A stretch of 64,000 nt of DNA from Octopus vulgaris (taxonomy: Eukaryota): contig OX597815.1 of NCBI GenBank assembly GCA_951406725.2, positions 145,390,001-145,454,000 of the forward strand. Direction: 5' to 3'. Numbering within the stretch: the first letter of the stretch is position 1; each line of letters starts with the position of its first letter. The position numbers and the translations under genes were made by a program. A model generated the notes under the pieces. That model was not told the origin of the DNA. It did not search any database and worked only from the letters and a program-made list of their open reading frames with translations. Positions 24,386 to 36,656 of this stretch are shown here, in pieces.

Positions 24386-24624
24386 TCACTCTGCAGGATT
24401 TTCACATATAGATTTTCAAGCAAAATACATTTGCTGATTTCGAAAATCTGTTCGAAAGCAATAATAATTCTCTAAAAGAGATATAGACATATTCAGATGG
24501 CTTTAGTCCCTTATGTTATCGAGCAGTTACTGTAAAGCCCATTACGTCTGAGAGGATGATGTCTAAATCAGCTGGTTTGTGAAGCTGTACGTTACCTTTT
24601 CACAGTGCAAACAGTTACAAAGCC

Positions 24625-26040
24625 TCATCCTAATACCTCTTGGTAGACAATATTTTTCGTTCTACCCCGGGGTGAGTAAACGAAGAGACTTTTCTTGCTT
24701 CCCAGCCGGGAACAACCGACGTATAGCTGACCGTGTGAGAAGCATGATTCATCTAAATGCAGCCCTGCCACCGATAGTGTCTGCCCCTGTGACTTACTGA
24801 TTGACATTGCAAAATATAGTCTAAGCGGGAACTGCAGACGGCGAAATGCAAAGGGAATATCTGCATCAGATGGAATGAGTGGGATTCTGGGGATGAAAAC
24901 GTCCTCTCCTTTGCAAGAGAATTAAGAAACTCCACTGGATATTTCACTGCCTGGTCGTCGTCGGGTACAGAATCGATTGACCCGTACACGTGCAGCCTTC
25001 CGGGAAGCTAATGCAGCAACTTAGCGCTGAGAGCGACCACTGTGCTGTTTTTTGGAGCCAAAATGGCTCTTTCAGAAATCCAATTCATGTCAAGGTAGTT
25101 CCTTTGTAGATTTGGAAAAACGTGCCTCTAGATCATCGGAATTACTGACAGTGGTGCAGAGGTGAGTTAGTGACAGTTCTCCGTTTTCATCGAGCGGAAC
25201 AACACCGTTTCCGATCAACAATATGTCAGATGCAAAATCTGATGCCATCTGGTCACCACGAAACCGCGCTCTCATGTTTGTTATGAGAGACAATGTTGTA
25301 ACATTTTTCCACAGTGGGGAGGACTTTAGACAGGCCTTGACTACATCTGCCCTAGTTCCCTTGAGTATTACAGGAAGCGTTTGTCGGAAATCGCCAGACA
25401 GGAGGAGAGTTATTCCACCCATCGTAGCGGGACAGTCTCTAATGTCTTGAAGAGTGGTGTTGAGAGCTTCGAGGGATCGCTTGTGGGCCATTGTGCATTC
25501 ATCCCAAACTATCAGCTAGCAACTCCGGAGAAGCAAACCCTTTTCAGACCTATCGGTGATGTTACAGGAAGGCACTTCGGACCTTGCCAAATCAATTGGT
25601 AGCTTAAAGGTTGAGTGCGCTGTCCTGCCACCGGGCAGTAAAGTTGCTGCAATGCCAGAGGAGGCCACAGCTACGGCTACGTCTTTTCGGTCTTTAGTAA
25701 GAAGCTGAATAACAAACGTTTTTTCCTGTCACTCTAGGTGCATCAAGAAAAGAACAATACCCCTTTTCGTTTCTGCATGTGGTCAAAGATGGTACTGTAA
25801 GCCCACTGTTGCTCAGGCAGAAGTTTGGGCTCATTTTGCTGGATGTATTGATTATTAAGGGCTTCAGTGTCATAGGACGTTTCACGTATTAACTCTGTTG
25901 GTATTAAAGGCGTCCCGTGGCGCAATGGGTGTTTGTGTCTGTATACATGTATATGTACATATGTAGACATATTCATACATACGTACATTATGGCTGCCCT
26001 CTCGTTATCGAGTAAGGCCATTGCACGAAGCTTAACTGTT
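24625..26040 (-). mobile_element. Helitron Rep/Hel remnant (PIF1-family helicase domain), pseudogenised
   Basis: FLDAP..TGK; AVASSGIAATLLPGGRTAHSTFKLP; IVWDECTMAHK; GGITLLLSGDFRQTLPV; LITNMR; RAILAPKN; YPVEFLNSL; IPRIPLIP; QFPLRL.FAMSISKSQGQTL; FSHGQLYVGCSR; TKNIVYQEVL*. Frameshifts and an internal deletion. Confidence 0.93.
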
Positions 26041-26299
26041 ACTGGTGCTGTGATCGAATGTGACTTTTTAGCCCAACTAAAGATCTACAATGTCTTGTAC
26101 AGAATTGGCTACTAAAACCTTTACCGGTAATAGCCGGCTGTTGTTGTAACTGGGCTTCATGTACCTTTTTGGTACATCATTGATTTTTTGCTTTTTAAGG
26201 CTACAGTCAGCCATTCAGTTGAGACTCACAGCGCCATCAACAATCATGCATTAGTTAATCAATTTAATCAATCAATCAATGTTGTTATCGTGCAATGCC

Positions 26300-26540
26300 T
26301 GTGCAAGACTGAATACCCGATCGCGCGGTTAAACCATTGGGTGTGAAGGACTCCTAGCCTTTGTTAGGGCATCCTTCTAGGAGAAGGTAACTCAGGTAAC
26401 TGGGATAACTCCGACATAAAACCTGCGGCTCAGTGGTTACCGATGATGTTGACTTGTTCTTCTTTTCGGATTATGGATGCTGTTGCTTAGTGAGTGGGAT
26501 TGACTCAGTGCACAGCCTTTCCTCACTTAAAAAAAATGTT
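26300..26540 (+). mobile_element. Possible LINE (RTE-type) 5' UTR fragment
   Basis: agggcatccttctaggagaaggtaactc...cataaaacct resembles a recalled RTE-group 5' UTR motif. Confidence 0.3.
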
Positions 26541-27539
26541 TAAGGGAGATAATTTAAGTAGGCCATAGACCGTACATCGTGAACTGAAATTTGCAAATAA
26601 AATGAAACATGGCCGTTAGCGGGAGAAAGAAAAGCGATCAGCAATTGTGAGCGACTCTCAGAGAAAGAAATTAAGATTTCACATAACTAATTTTCATGCA
26701 CAATGCATAGGGAAAATATGATACTCTTCCTTTTATTCTTCTTTGCATTTCAGCCCAAAGGCTATGGTCATGCTGGGGCACTACCAGTGAGATCAATGGC
26801 CATTCATAAGAATTTGATTTGGTTTCGATGAAGGAGGAAGTTCAATAGTGCTGCCCACTTTTTAGTTTCTTGCCGTGATCAGCAACATTGGAAAGCAGGA
26901 GGTCAAGTTGTTACTCCTATTTGGGTGAAGCCTGCTTAAACGAAATGAAATTAACATATACATATATGTGTGTTTTTGTGAGTATATTTGTATGGGTGTG
27001 TTTACATATACGAGTCTGCCTTTTCCGCGATGTGAAAGGCGTAATTCTGTAGTATAATGTAGCCCAGGGTCTCCTCAAGGAAAAAGATGGCAATGAAAGG
27101 TAAGACATCCATCGGAAGCCGGAAAGCGGCCTGTCCCTACTATAGGACGTTTGGGTGTAACATGGGCGCCCTAGCAGTTGTAAGTAATGTTTTAGCAGCT
27201 GTCTTACCACCGAGTCTAACCTAAAACTGATTATCGGGCGAAGCTACCGGAAATGTAATGACTAAACGTTCTGCAACTGGTTTTTTAAAGGTAGCATTAC
27301 ATTGATCCCTGGCAAATAAAGGGTAAGTGCTTCATTTATTGGGCCAAAAAATGTGCCAAAAGGGTAACTAAAGGTGCAAAACGTGTTTGTACATGAGCCT
27401 TTTTTCTCTTTCCCCCCAAACAACACATTAACGTGTAAAACGGAGCAATCAAAGCGTGAACAAAACTTCAGCAACACACGTGCGCATAAGGTCACTTTAT
27501 GTGTATGTCCCCGATCATGCGTGCAGGTCACGGGGGTGA

Positions 27540-27703
27540 TTTCTTCGCCATGACCTAGCTCTGACCTTATGGAGTATGGGTATAAAATTTGAGATCAATC
27601 GGACATTGAATGTGGATTTCTCTAAAAAACATAAATGTCTACACACACAGACTCACTGACACACAGACACACTGACACACAGACACACACACAAACTCAA
27701 TTT

Positions 27704-27715
<12 letters not shown>
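27540..27715 (-). mobile_element. Helitron-like 5' end
   Basis: Minus strand: tatatatttataaaattgagtttgtgtgtgtgtctgtgtgtcag...ccgattgatctcaaatttt. Same architecture as 11338 and same orientation as the helicase remnant. Confidence 0.45.
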
Positions 27716-27745
<30 letters not shown>

Positions 27746-27783
27746 TATACATGTACATATATATGTATATATATGTACATGTA

Positions 27784-27819
<36 letters not shown>

Positions 27820-27833
27820 TGTATGTATGTATG

Positions 27834-27898
<65 letters not shown>

Positions 27899-27936
27899 GT
27901 ATATACGTAGAAGGTTGAAAAGGAACACTCGAATTG

Positions 27937-28967
27937 ATAAGACAAGATAGAAAATGGTAAAATAATTTTATCATGAGGAACATTTCAATATCTGTTTTAG
28001 ACTTTGCGACTTTTTCAACTTAGAGGAAAGCATCAAAAACAATTAAATTGTGGAAAAGTTAAAATGTAATGCTTTTTAAAAATATTTCCATAGTTTTCAA
28101 ATACAAGGCACATTTTCCTTCTTTCTGTCAGTCTGTCTCTCTTTTTTTTACTCTTGTGAAGGCTTGGTAGTAGTCATCCTTGGTAGTAGGTAGTAGGCAG
28201 TAGCAGTCCTAAAAGAATATTTTATATGAGTTCTTGGTTTTGATTGTTTAAGGGGCAGTAGCCGAGGAAGGAGGCGGCGGTGGCGAAGAAGAAGGAAGAA
28301 GAAGAAGAAGAAAGAAGAAGAAGAAGAAGAAGAGGGAGTAGGAAAAGAAGAGAAAGGATAAGAAAAATACAGGAGTGGTATGACAGTAGTAGGATGTTGG
28401 TGGAATCCTCTTAAATGGTCAAGTGACCTATAAGTGACCTATTGTGGTTGTAATGGTAGTCATTGGCATTGTTCTGAATAGATTCATAGGTAGTGACTGT
28501 TCTGAATGTATCGTTTTTAATATTTGCGTGGGTATTATTCTAAGGCCCTTGTAACAGTGTCATTTATGGTGGGTTCATATTGAAAAGGGGTTTATATTTT
28601 GTAATAAAATACGTCGCTTTGCTAATGCGTTGATTATAGGCTATATCGTACCTGCTGCTTAAACAATCAAAACCAAAAACTCATATCAAATATTCTATTA
28701 AGACTGCCACTACCTACTACATACTATGAAGCCTTCACAACTTTAGAAGAATAAAAGAGAAAGAGAGAGAGAGAGAGAGACAAAAAAAGGAAAATGTCCC
28801 TTGTATTTGAAACTATGGAAATATTTTTAAAAACATTTCATTTAATTTTTCGACAATTTAATTGTTTTTTATGCTTTACTCTAAGTTGAAAAAGTCGCAA
28901 AGACTGAAACTGGTCCTAAAATGTTCTTCACGATAAAATCATTTTAGCATTTTCTATTTTGTCTTAT
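27937..28967. repeat. ~330-bp imperfect inverted repeat with ~380-bp spacer (PLE-type fold-back)
   Basis: 27937-28262 versus 28650-28967. Decayed HHR ttgaaaa-agtc gcaaa gact-GAAAC-tg-GTC at 28881-28920. Flanked by microsatellites. Confidence 0.8.
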
Positions 28968-28996
28968 TTTCATTATATATATATATATATATATGA

Positions 28997-29195
28997 GGCG
29001 GCACTCCGTCGGTTGCGACGACGAGGGTTCCAGTTGATCCGATCAACGGAACAGTCAGCGTGACATCGAGTGTGACAAGGCTGGCCCATTGAAATACAGG
29101 TACAACAGAAACAGTAAGAAAGAGTGAGAGAAAGTTGTGGTGAAAGAGTACAGCAGGGTTCGACTTACCTCTGCCGGAGCCTCGTGGAGCCTTAG
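28997..29195 (-). mobile_element. SINE family C fragment
   Basis: Homologous to 15347-15570. Confidence 0.75.
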
Positions 29196-29202
29196 CTGCC
29201 CT

Positions 29203-29498
29203 CCGTGACCGACCAGACTATCAGATGTTGCTACACATCGCTGGTCACAATGCGTTTTGCATTATTTTAGCCTTCAAATGATGTCACCCCACTGACTAAG
29301 CGAGCAGGCCAACAGAAGAAAGAGTGAGAGAAAGTTGTGGCGAAAGAGTACAGCAGGGACCGCCATCAACCCCTGCCGGAGCATCGTGGAACTTTAGGTG
29401 TTTTCGTTCAATAAACACTCACAACGCCCGGTCTGGGAATCGAAACCGCGATCCTACGACCGCAAGTCCGCTACCCCAACCACTGGGCCATTGCGCCT

Positions 29499-29500
<2 letters not shown>
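29203..29500 (-). mobile_element. Near full-length tRNA-derived SINE, family D (OR1-like)
   Basis: Minus-strand head ggaggcgcaaTGGCCCAGTGGttggggtagcggacttgcggtcgtaggatcgcGGTTTCGATTCCcagacc with Pol III A and B boxes. Confidence 0.88.
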
Positions 29501-29556
<56 letters not shown>

Positions 29557-29594
29557 GTATATATATATATATATATATGTATGTATATATATAT

Positions 29595-29812
29595 ACTCTT
29601 TTACTCTTTTACTCTTTTACTTGTTTCAGTCATTTGACTGCGGCCATGCTGGAGCACCGCCTTTAGTCGATCAAATCGACCCCGGAACTTATTCTTTGTA
29701 AGCCCAGTACTTATTCTATCGGTCTCTTTTGCCGAACCGCTAAGTGGCGGGGACGTAGACACACCAGCATCGGTTGTCAAGCAATGCTAGGGTGACAAAC
29801 ACAGACACACAA

Positions 29813-29843
<31 letters not shown>

Positions 29844-29981
29844 CATACATATATACGACAGGCTTCTTTCAGTTTCCGTCTACCAAATCCACTCACAAGG
29901 CATTGGTCGGCCCGGGGCTATAGCAGAAGACACAACCATGTGGTTGGTTAGCAAGCTACTTACCACACAGCCACTCCTGCG

Positions 29982-29983
<2 letters not shown>
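29595..29983 (-). mobile_element. SINE family A, near full-length with internal deletion
   Basis: Reverse complement of the 40585-41002 copy. Confidence 0.9.
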
Positions 29984-30042
<59 letters not shown>

Positions 30043-30070
30043 ATATATATATGTATGTATATATATATGT

Positions 30071-30111
<41 letters not shown>

Positions 30112-30132
30112 TATGTATGTATATATATATGT

Positions 30133-30173
<41 letters not shown>

Positions 30174-30420
30174 TGTATATATATATATGTATATATATAT
30201 ATGTATATATATATGTATGTATATATATATATATGTATGTATGTATATATATATATGTATGTATATATATATATATATATGTATGTATATATATATATAT
30301 ACATACATACATATATATATATATGTATATATACACGCACACTCTCTCACACACACACACATATATATATATGTATATATATGCGTATATACATACGTAT
30401 ATTACATATTTGTATATATA

Positions 30421-30476
<56 letters not shown>

Positions 30477-31074
30477 TAGGTAGATAGTCAGATAGATAAA
30501 TACGGAGAATGATAGACAAACAGTTAGATAGAGGGATAGACAGTCAGAGAGACAGACAGATAGGTTTATAGATAGGTAAATAGATAGGTAGATAAATAAG
30601 CGAAGTGATGGACAGATAGACAAATAGAAAGATCAACAGATAAATAAACGAATAGACACACAGGCAGATATAGAAATAGATGAATAAATGGATTTACAGA
30701 TAGAAAAACAGATAAATAGATTGGTTCCACATATAGGTGGATAGAATGATTGGTAGATATGTGAATTTGAGTTGAAAAGATGGAAGGAAACCGATGAAAG
30801 CTGATGAAAGGAAGGAAGGAAGGAAGGAAAAGCAACTTAAAAATTTGAGCAAACACAAGAAGAATTAAAAATATAAGACAGGTATGTAAAGAAAATGACA
30901 GTAGATAAGGAAGTGTCGGTAGATAAGGAGGTAGATAGGACAATAACCACACACACACACATGCATACATGTATATAAATATATATGTGTGTGTGTGTAT
31001 ATGTATATGTATATATATATATGTATATACATATACATATATCTATATATATATACATATACATATACATATAC

Positions 31075-31107
<33 letters not shown>

Positions 31108-31281
31108 CATATATATACATATGTGTACATATATATATATATATATACATATATATATGTATATATATATGTATATATCTATGTATATATATATACATAC
31201 ACACACGCAAACACACATGTATAAATGTATATATATGTGTGCGTGTTTATATATGTATATATATATACATATATATATATA

Positions 31282-31313
<32 letters not shown>

Positions 31314-31373
31314 AATGCATGTATCTATATCTCTCTCTGTATGTACACACACGCATACGCGCGCACACACACA

Positions 31374-31406
<33 letters not shown>

Positions 31407-31410
31407 TTTA
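29984..31410. repeat. Compound (TA)n/(TATG)n/(GATA)n/(CA)n field
   Basis: Directly visible. Confidence 0.93.
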
Positions 31411-32014
31411 TTTTATTTTTTTTATTTATACATATATATAAAAACAACAACAAAATGTTGATAGACCAACCAAACCAGAAGTGGTTTATTGAAAGATTTC
31501 TTTTTCCCGTCTATTGTTTCAACGACAACATTTCTTGGTGTTTATTGAAAACAAGAAACAATGAAATGATGATAATCACTCAAAACTGTCGTCTTATATA
31601 AATACGTTTCTTCACTTTCAGGTTTTTAAAAAAAAAAAAAAAAAACTAAATATTTTACTCTATCTTATTCTTCAATCAAAATAATCAGTCGTTTCCTAAC
31701 CTTATTGTCCAGTTTTAATGTAACAAATTAGTAACTTCAACGGCTGAAAGACGCAACAGAAAAGATATAGAGAAAACAGAAATATAAAACGAAAGAAACA
31801 TTTTTGAATTAGGAATGACTGTGTGGTTAAAAAGCTTGATTTGTAGCCTTGTTTTGGGTTCGGTCCTACTCCATAACACCCTGGGTAAGAGGCTATTGCT
31901 GTAGCTTATGGCCGACCCAAGCCTTGTGAGTGAATTTGGTAGGGGACTATCATATATTATACTGTATTATATTATATTATATTATATTATATTATATTAT
32001 ATATATGATGTCAT

Positions 32015-32845
32015 GGCAGCACCGCCGGGCGAAATGCTTAGCGGTATTTCGTCTGCTGCTTCGTTCTGAGTTCAAATTCCGCCGAGGTAGACTTTGCCTT
32101 TCATCCCTTCAGGGTCGATTAAATAAGTACCAGTTACGCACTGGGGTCGATATAATCGTCTTAATCTGTTTGTCTGTCCTTGTTTGTCTCCTCTGTGTGC
32201 AGCCCCTTGTGGGAAGTAAAGAAATAGGTATTTCGTCAGCGTGAAATGAAGTGCTCTGTTCAAGAACACAACGCAACGCCTGGTCTGGAAATCGAACCTA
32301 CGATCTCGCAATTGTGAGTGTAACACCTTAACCACTAAGTCATGCACCTTCACCGCACATACACACACACATATGTATGTGTGTGTGTGTGTGTCTCACC
32401 ACCCCATCTTATCACTTGACAACCAGTGTTGGTTTGTTTATATCTTTGTAACTTAGCAGTTCAGCAAAAGAGACCAGTAGAATAAGTAGCAGACTTTAAA
32501 AATCATAAGAACAGGAGGAGATTTGTTCGGCTAAAACTCTCCTAGGGTGTGCTCCAGCATGGTCACAGTCCAATAACTGGAACAAATAGAAGATAAACGA
32601 CAATTTGCAGCGAGCTGGTTGAATCGATAAAGCACAGGAAAAATGGTGTTCTGATATTTGTTCCGGCACTTTGTGTTCTGAGTTCAAATATTGCCAAGGT
32701 TATCTTTGCCTTTCATCCACACTAGGTTCATGAAACAAAGTGTCCTAAAAGTTATTGGCCTTGGGCCTAAATGAGAAACCATTATTATAATTAGGGAACT
32801 GAAGGCGGTGAGCTGACTGAATCGTTAGCGCATCGAAGAAAATAC
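32015..32845. mobile_element. Cluster of SINE fragments (family B plus 32015-32230 and 32605-32770; tRNA head minus 32255-32352; family A tail 32390-32590)
   Basis: Family diagnostic motifs visible. Confidence 0.75.
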
Positions 32846-32847
32846 AT

Positions 32848-33084
32848 ACTCTTTTATTTGTTTGTTATTTGACTGTGGCCATGCTGGAGCACCGCCTTTA
32901 GTCGAGCAAATCGACCCCAGGACTTATTCTTTGTAAGCCTAGTACTTATTCTATCGGTATCTTTTGCCAACGTAAACACACCAGCATCGGTTGTCAAGCG
33001 ATATTTTTTTTTGTGTGGGGGGGGGGGGGACAAACACAAACACACAAACATATACACACACATACACACACATACACACACACA

Positions 33085-33138
<54 letters not shown>

Positions 33139-33309
33139 CATATATACGACGGGCTTCTTTCAGTTTGCGTCTACCAAATCCACTCAGACGGCTTTGGTCG
33201 GCCCGAGGCTATAGTAGAAGACACTTGCCCAAGGTGCCACGCTGTAGGACTGAAACCGGAACCATGTGGTTGGTAAGCAATCTACTTACCACACAGCCAC
33301 TCCTACGCC
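32848..33309 (-). mobile_element. SINE family A, full-length
   Basis: Head (aggcgtaggagtggctgtgtggtaag), CORE-like ggcaccttgggcaagtgtcttct, internal microsatellite and tail. Confidence 0.9.
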
Positions 33310-33940
33310 TATGCAAAGCGGCATTTCTTCCGGCTTTACGTTTTGACTTGAAATTCCACCGAGGTCGACTTTACCTTTCATCCTTTCGGGGTCGTGGTAC
33401 CCTCGCTCTGGCGAGCTGGCAGAATTGTTAGCGCGTCAGGCAGGATTTCTATATTCCGACTTTTACGTTCTGATTTCAGATTCAGTTGAGGTTGACTTTG
33501 CCATGCATCCTTTCGGGGTTGATAAAATAAGTACCAGTTAAGTACTGGGGTCGATGTAATCGACTAATCCTCACCCATTAAAACTGTTAACCCTGCGCCA
33601 AAATCTGAAGCAAGTTTCTTTGAGCAGTGGATTGGAGGAACTGTTAGAGCATCAAACAATATGTCTTGTGACACCCATTCCGGATTATTTACGATCTGGG
33701 TTCAAATTCCACCGATGTCAAATTTACCTTTTGTTCTTTCAGGCTTGATAAAGTAAAGTAGCAGTCAAGTGCTGGGCTCAATGTAATCGGAAGACCCCAC
33801 ACTTCAAAACTGCTGGTCTTTTGCCAAAATTTTAAGGCAATTATTAAGGCGGTGAACTTGCAGAATTGTCAGCACGCTGGACAAAATGCTTAACGATCTT
33901 TACGTTCTAAGTTCAAATTCGGCTGAGGTCGACTTGGGTT
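33310..33940 (+). mobile_element. Head-to-tail run of ~4 SINE family B copies
   Basis: Repeated ggcgagctggcagaa..gttag...ttcaaattcc.ccgaggtcgacttt.cctttcatcctttcggg. Confidence 0.8.
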
Positions 33941-34224
33941 TCCTTGACCGGCCCTAGTTGGATGCTCTCTTGTAGCACGATAACTGTATCATATATGTGA
34001 TCATATATCTTGTGTACTATGTTTTCCTTTTTTATCTTATACTCATCCTCTTTTACTCCATTTCTTGCCCTCATTTGTTTATGTAAATTCACCTATATAT
34101 ATTGTAAGCTGGTCTTGTATTTCTTGGCTGCAGAAGTGAATCAAAGCCATCCTATCAGAAGCTATGTGATGGGCTAGAATAAATCATGTAGCGATCTAAT
34201 ATAACAGAGGTTACGAAGAAACAG

Positions 34225-34560
34225 TTACCCATGTTACTGCTTCGGCCGCAAACCCGGATATCGCCACCCGTAAGGCAGAGAAGAGATAAATAAACAAATT
34301 AAGGAACTTGATCGGCGGCTATCAGTTTGTGCCGGTCGCCGTCGAGACCTCAGGTATTTTAGGACCCTACACTGCTGATTACAGGATAACTGTAACCCGT
34401 CTGAGAAATGAGCCCTACGAGGTGGGATGCCTGTTACATGAAGTATCTCTGGCTATTCTTCGCAGCGATGCCTTTGCTATTATGGTCGCGAGACGCGACT
34501 AAACATACCTTTTCAATACTCTATCTATAGATGTTTAACAAGTTAAAAAACAAAACCACA
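34225..34560 (+). mobile_element. CRE-clade non-LTR retrotransposon, 3' RLE remnant
   Basis: ASAANPDIATRKAEKR*INK...GYQFVPVAVETSGILGP...EPYEVGCLLHEVSLAILRSDAFAIM*. Confidence 0.7.
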
Positions 34561-35133
34561 TTATATCACTCCTCATATACAGTGGGTTGGGTGTAACTGA
34601 AGGTGAAGGTATAACACCAGCCAGCTCTGAAGAATAGAGGCCATTGTGGTTGTGTGGTAAGAAATTTGAGTCTCAACCACATTGTTCCGGGTTCAGTCCC
34701 ACAGCATGTAAGCTTGGGCAAGTATCTTCTACTATAGCCTTGTGAGTGGGTTTGGTCGACAGAAACTGAAAGAAGCTCATCGTAGACACCTGCCCACTAC
34801 ACACAATCCGTTTCAAGCGCTACATGCCGCAAAATTAGGATTCTCCGTTCACTGATTAATCTTATAAGAGCCACTACGTTTTGTTAGCAGACCATGTGAT
34901 AGGGCCCTGTTTCCCAATTTTGGCTGATCTAGGGGAGACAACCCGTACTCACCAACACTGGAACTTTCTTTCTCTGATGGACGTTTGACCAATTGACCGT
35001 AACATTCTTCCTCCTCCACGAGGTGAAGAGTTAAACTTGTCTTTGTATAGAGTCTGGTAGCTGTTCACAAGGCTGCGGCTTTCATGGATGGGAAACCATT
35101 GATCACTCTATGACCAGACCTTAACTTCAGTGG

Positions 35134-35182
<49 letters not shown>

Positions 35183-35486
35183 TGGTGTAGACAACAAACA
35201 GATGTATTAGTATAACGCTCGGGAAGTGAAAAGTCTTTAACGTTTCGAGCCTACGCTCTTCCAGAGATAGAAACACAGAAAGAAAGGAGAGAAAATAAAG
35301 AAGGTGTTGTGGCTAGCGATATATCATGGCAAATATGAGTAAATGTAATGACAAGCAAGTCAGGCAAGTCGATATACACAGAATATTAAATACATTTAAT
35401 AAAAAATGTACATGTGTATAAATATAGAATAGTCCGACGTACAAAATATAAATGATATCGGGAGTTAAACGGGTAGAGTTTTACGA

Positions 35487-35578
35487 GTCCAACAGCTGTT
35501 TCTGGGACCTTGGTGGTCCGGAATAACGATAGTTACTTGGATCCATTATCGGATAATACCACCTCCATCTTCAGGGGA
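35487..35578 (-). ncRNA. Hammerhead motif with long branched stem II
   Basis: cc-CTGAAGA-tgga ggtggt...accacc aagg tccca-GAAAC-agct-GTT-gg. Palindromic loop III AACAGCTGTT; stem I is weak. Confidence 0.55.
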
Positions 35579-35692
35579 GAATTTTACATTGGCCTCCATC
35601 CTGTCAACACCTCAAATGTAAAATTCTACGGCTCAAGTCCAAATCTCTGGAGCACTTTGAAGTGTATGCTATATAGAGAACACCGGTCTCTA

Positions 35693-35764
<72 letters not shown>

Positions 35765-35766
<2 letters not shown>

Positions 35767-35971
35767 TCTTTTACTCTTTTACTTGTTTCAGTAATTTGAC
35801 TGTGGCCATGCTGGAGCACCGCCTTTAGTCGAGCAAATCGACCCCGGGACTTATTCTTTGTAAGCTCAGTACTTTTTCTATCGGTCTCTTTTGCCGAACT
35901 GCTAAGTAACGGGGACATAAACATACCAGCATCGGTTGTCAAGCAATGCTAGGGGGACAAACACAGACACA

Positions 35972-36061
<90 letters not shown>

Positions 36062-36226
36062 TACGACGGGCTTCTTTCAGTTTCCGTCTACCAAATCCAC
36101 TCACAAGGCATTGGTCGGCCCGGGGCTATAGCAGAAGACACTTGCCCAAGATGCCACGCAGTGGGACTGAACCCGGAACCATGTGGTTGGTTAGCAAGCT
36201 ACTTACCACACAGCCACTCCAGCGCC
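35765..36226 (-). mobile_element. SINE family A, full-length, young
   Basis: Nearly identical to 40585-41002. Confidence 0.92.
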
Positions 36227-36239
36227 TATAAATATATAT

Positions 36240-36500
36240 GAATTAAATAAAAAGGGTAGAAATTAATATTATTAAATAATATTAATTTAAACCAGTGACT
36301 AGCTTATTTTAAAATGTCCGAGTACTATGAATTATTACATATATTAAATAAGAGGAATAGCCACCAAGGTGGATTCCTAGTATGCTAGAAGAAAACGCCA
36401 AATCCCCTTACCACGAAGAAAATGTTTTCAAAAATTTTTAAGGCGGTTTAGCGTTTTCTAGCGTGCTAGAAATCCACCTTAGTGGCTGTTCCACTTATAT
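36240..36500 (-). mobile_element. PLE-type terminal fragment with inverted duplication
   Basis: ggaatagccaccaaggtggattcctagtatgctagaa (36354-36390) versus ttctagcgtgctagaaatccaccttagtggctgttcc (36456-36492). Related to the 16870 family. Confidence 0.6.
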
Positions 36501-36618
36501 ATATAAATATATACCGGAGTAAACACATAAATGTGAAACAAGGTGGTAAAAAAGAGTATTCAAATACCAGAGGTAGAGTTATATGCTTTATTTAAAAGCA
36601 GCAGAAATTTTACAAAAG

Positions 36619-36656
36619 CTGTTACTCGGAGTTTCACGTTCCCGTTCGTCGGACAG
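36619..36656 (-). ncRNA. Type I hammerhead motif (family F, CCGACGA core)
   Basis: ctgt-CCGACGA-acg ggaa cgt-GAAAC-tccga-GTA-acag. Confidence 0.8.

Larger units (their letters stand above)
23735..24533 (-). mobile_element. Retrozyme-like tandem: two ~361-bp hammerhead-bearing units, a partial unit and a 44-bp 5' inversion
   Basis: Unit starts gcaataataattctc at 23736, 24096 and 24458. I see only three differences between the units. 24490-24533 is the reverse complement of 23766-23809. Confidence 0.85.

Noticed and set aside
23735-24490. CRISPR array or simple satellite
   Set aside because: No short repeat/unique spacer pattern and a eukaryotic context; better explained as an HHR-bearing retro-concatemer.
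24625-25750. Host PIF1 helicase gene
   Set aside because: Intronless, frameshifted, and carries Helitron-type motifs (YPVEFLNSL, TKNIVYQEVL).
29425-29500. tRNA gene
   Set aside because: A and B boxes are present but it is the head of a multi-copy SINE; no convincing acceptor stem.
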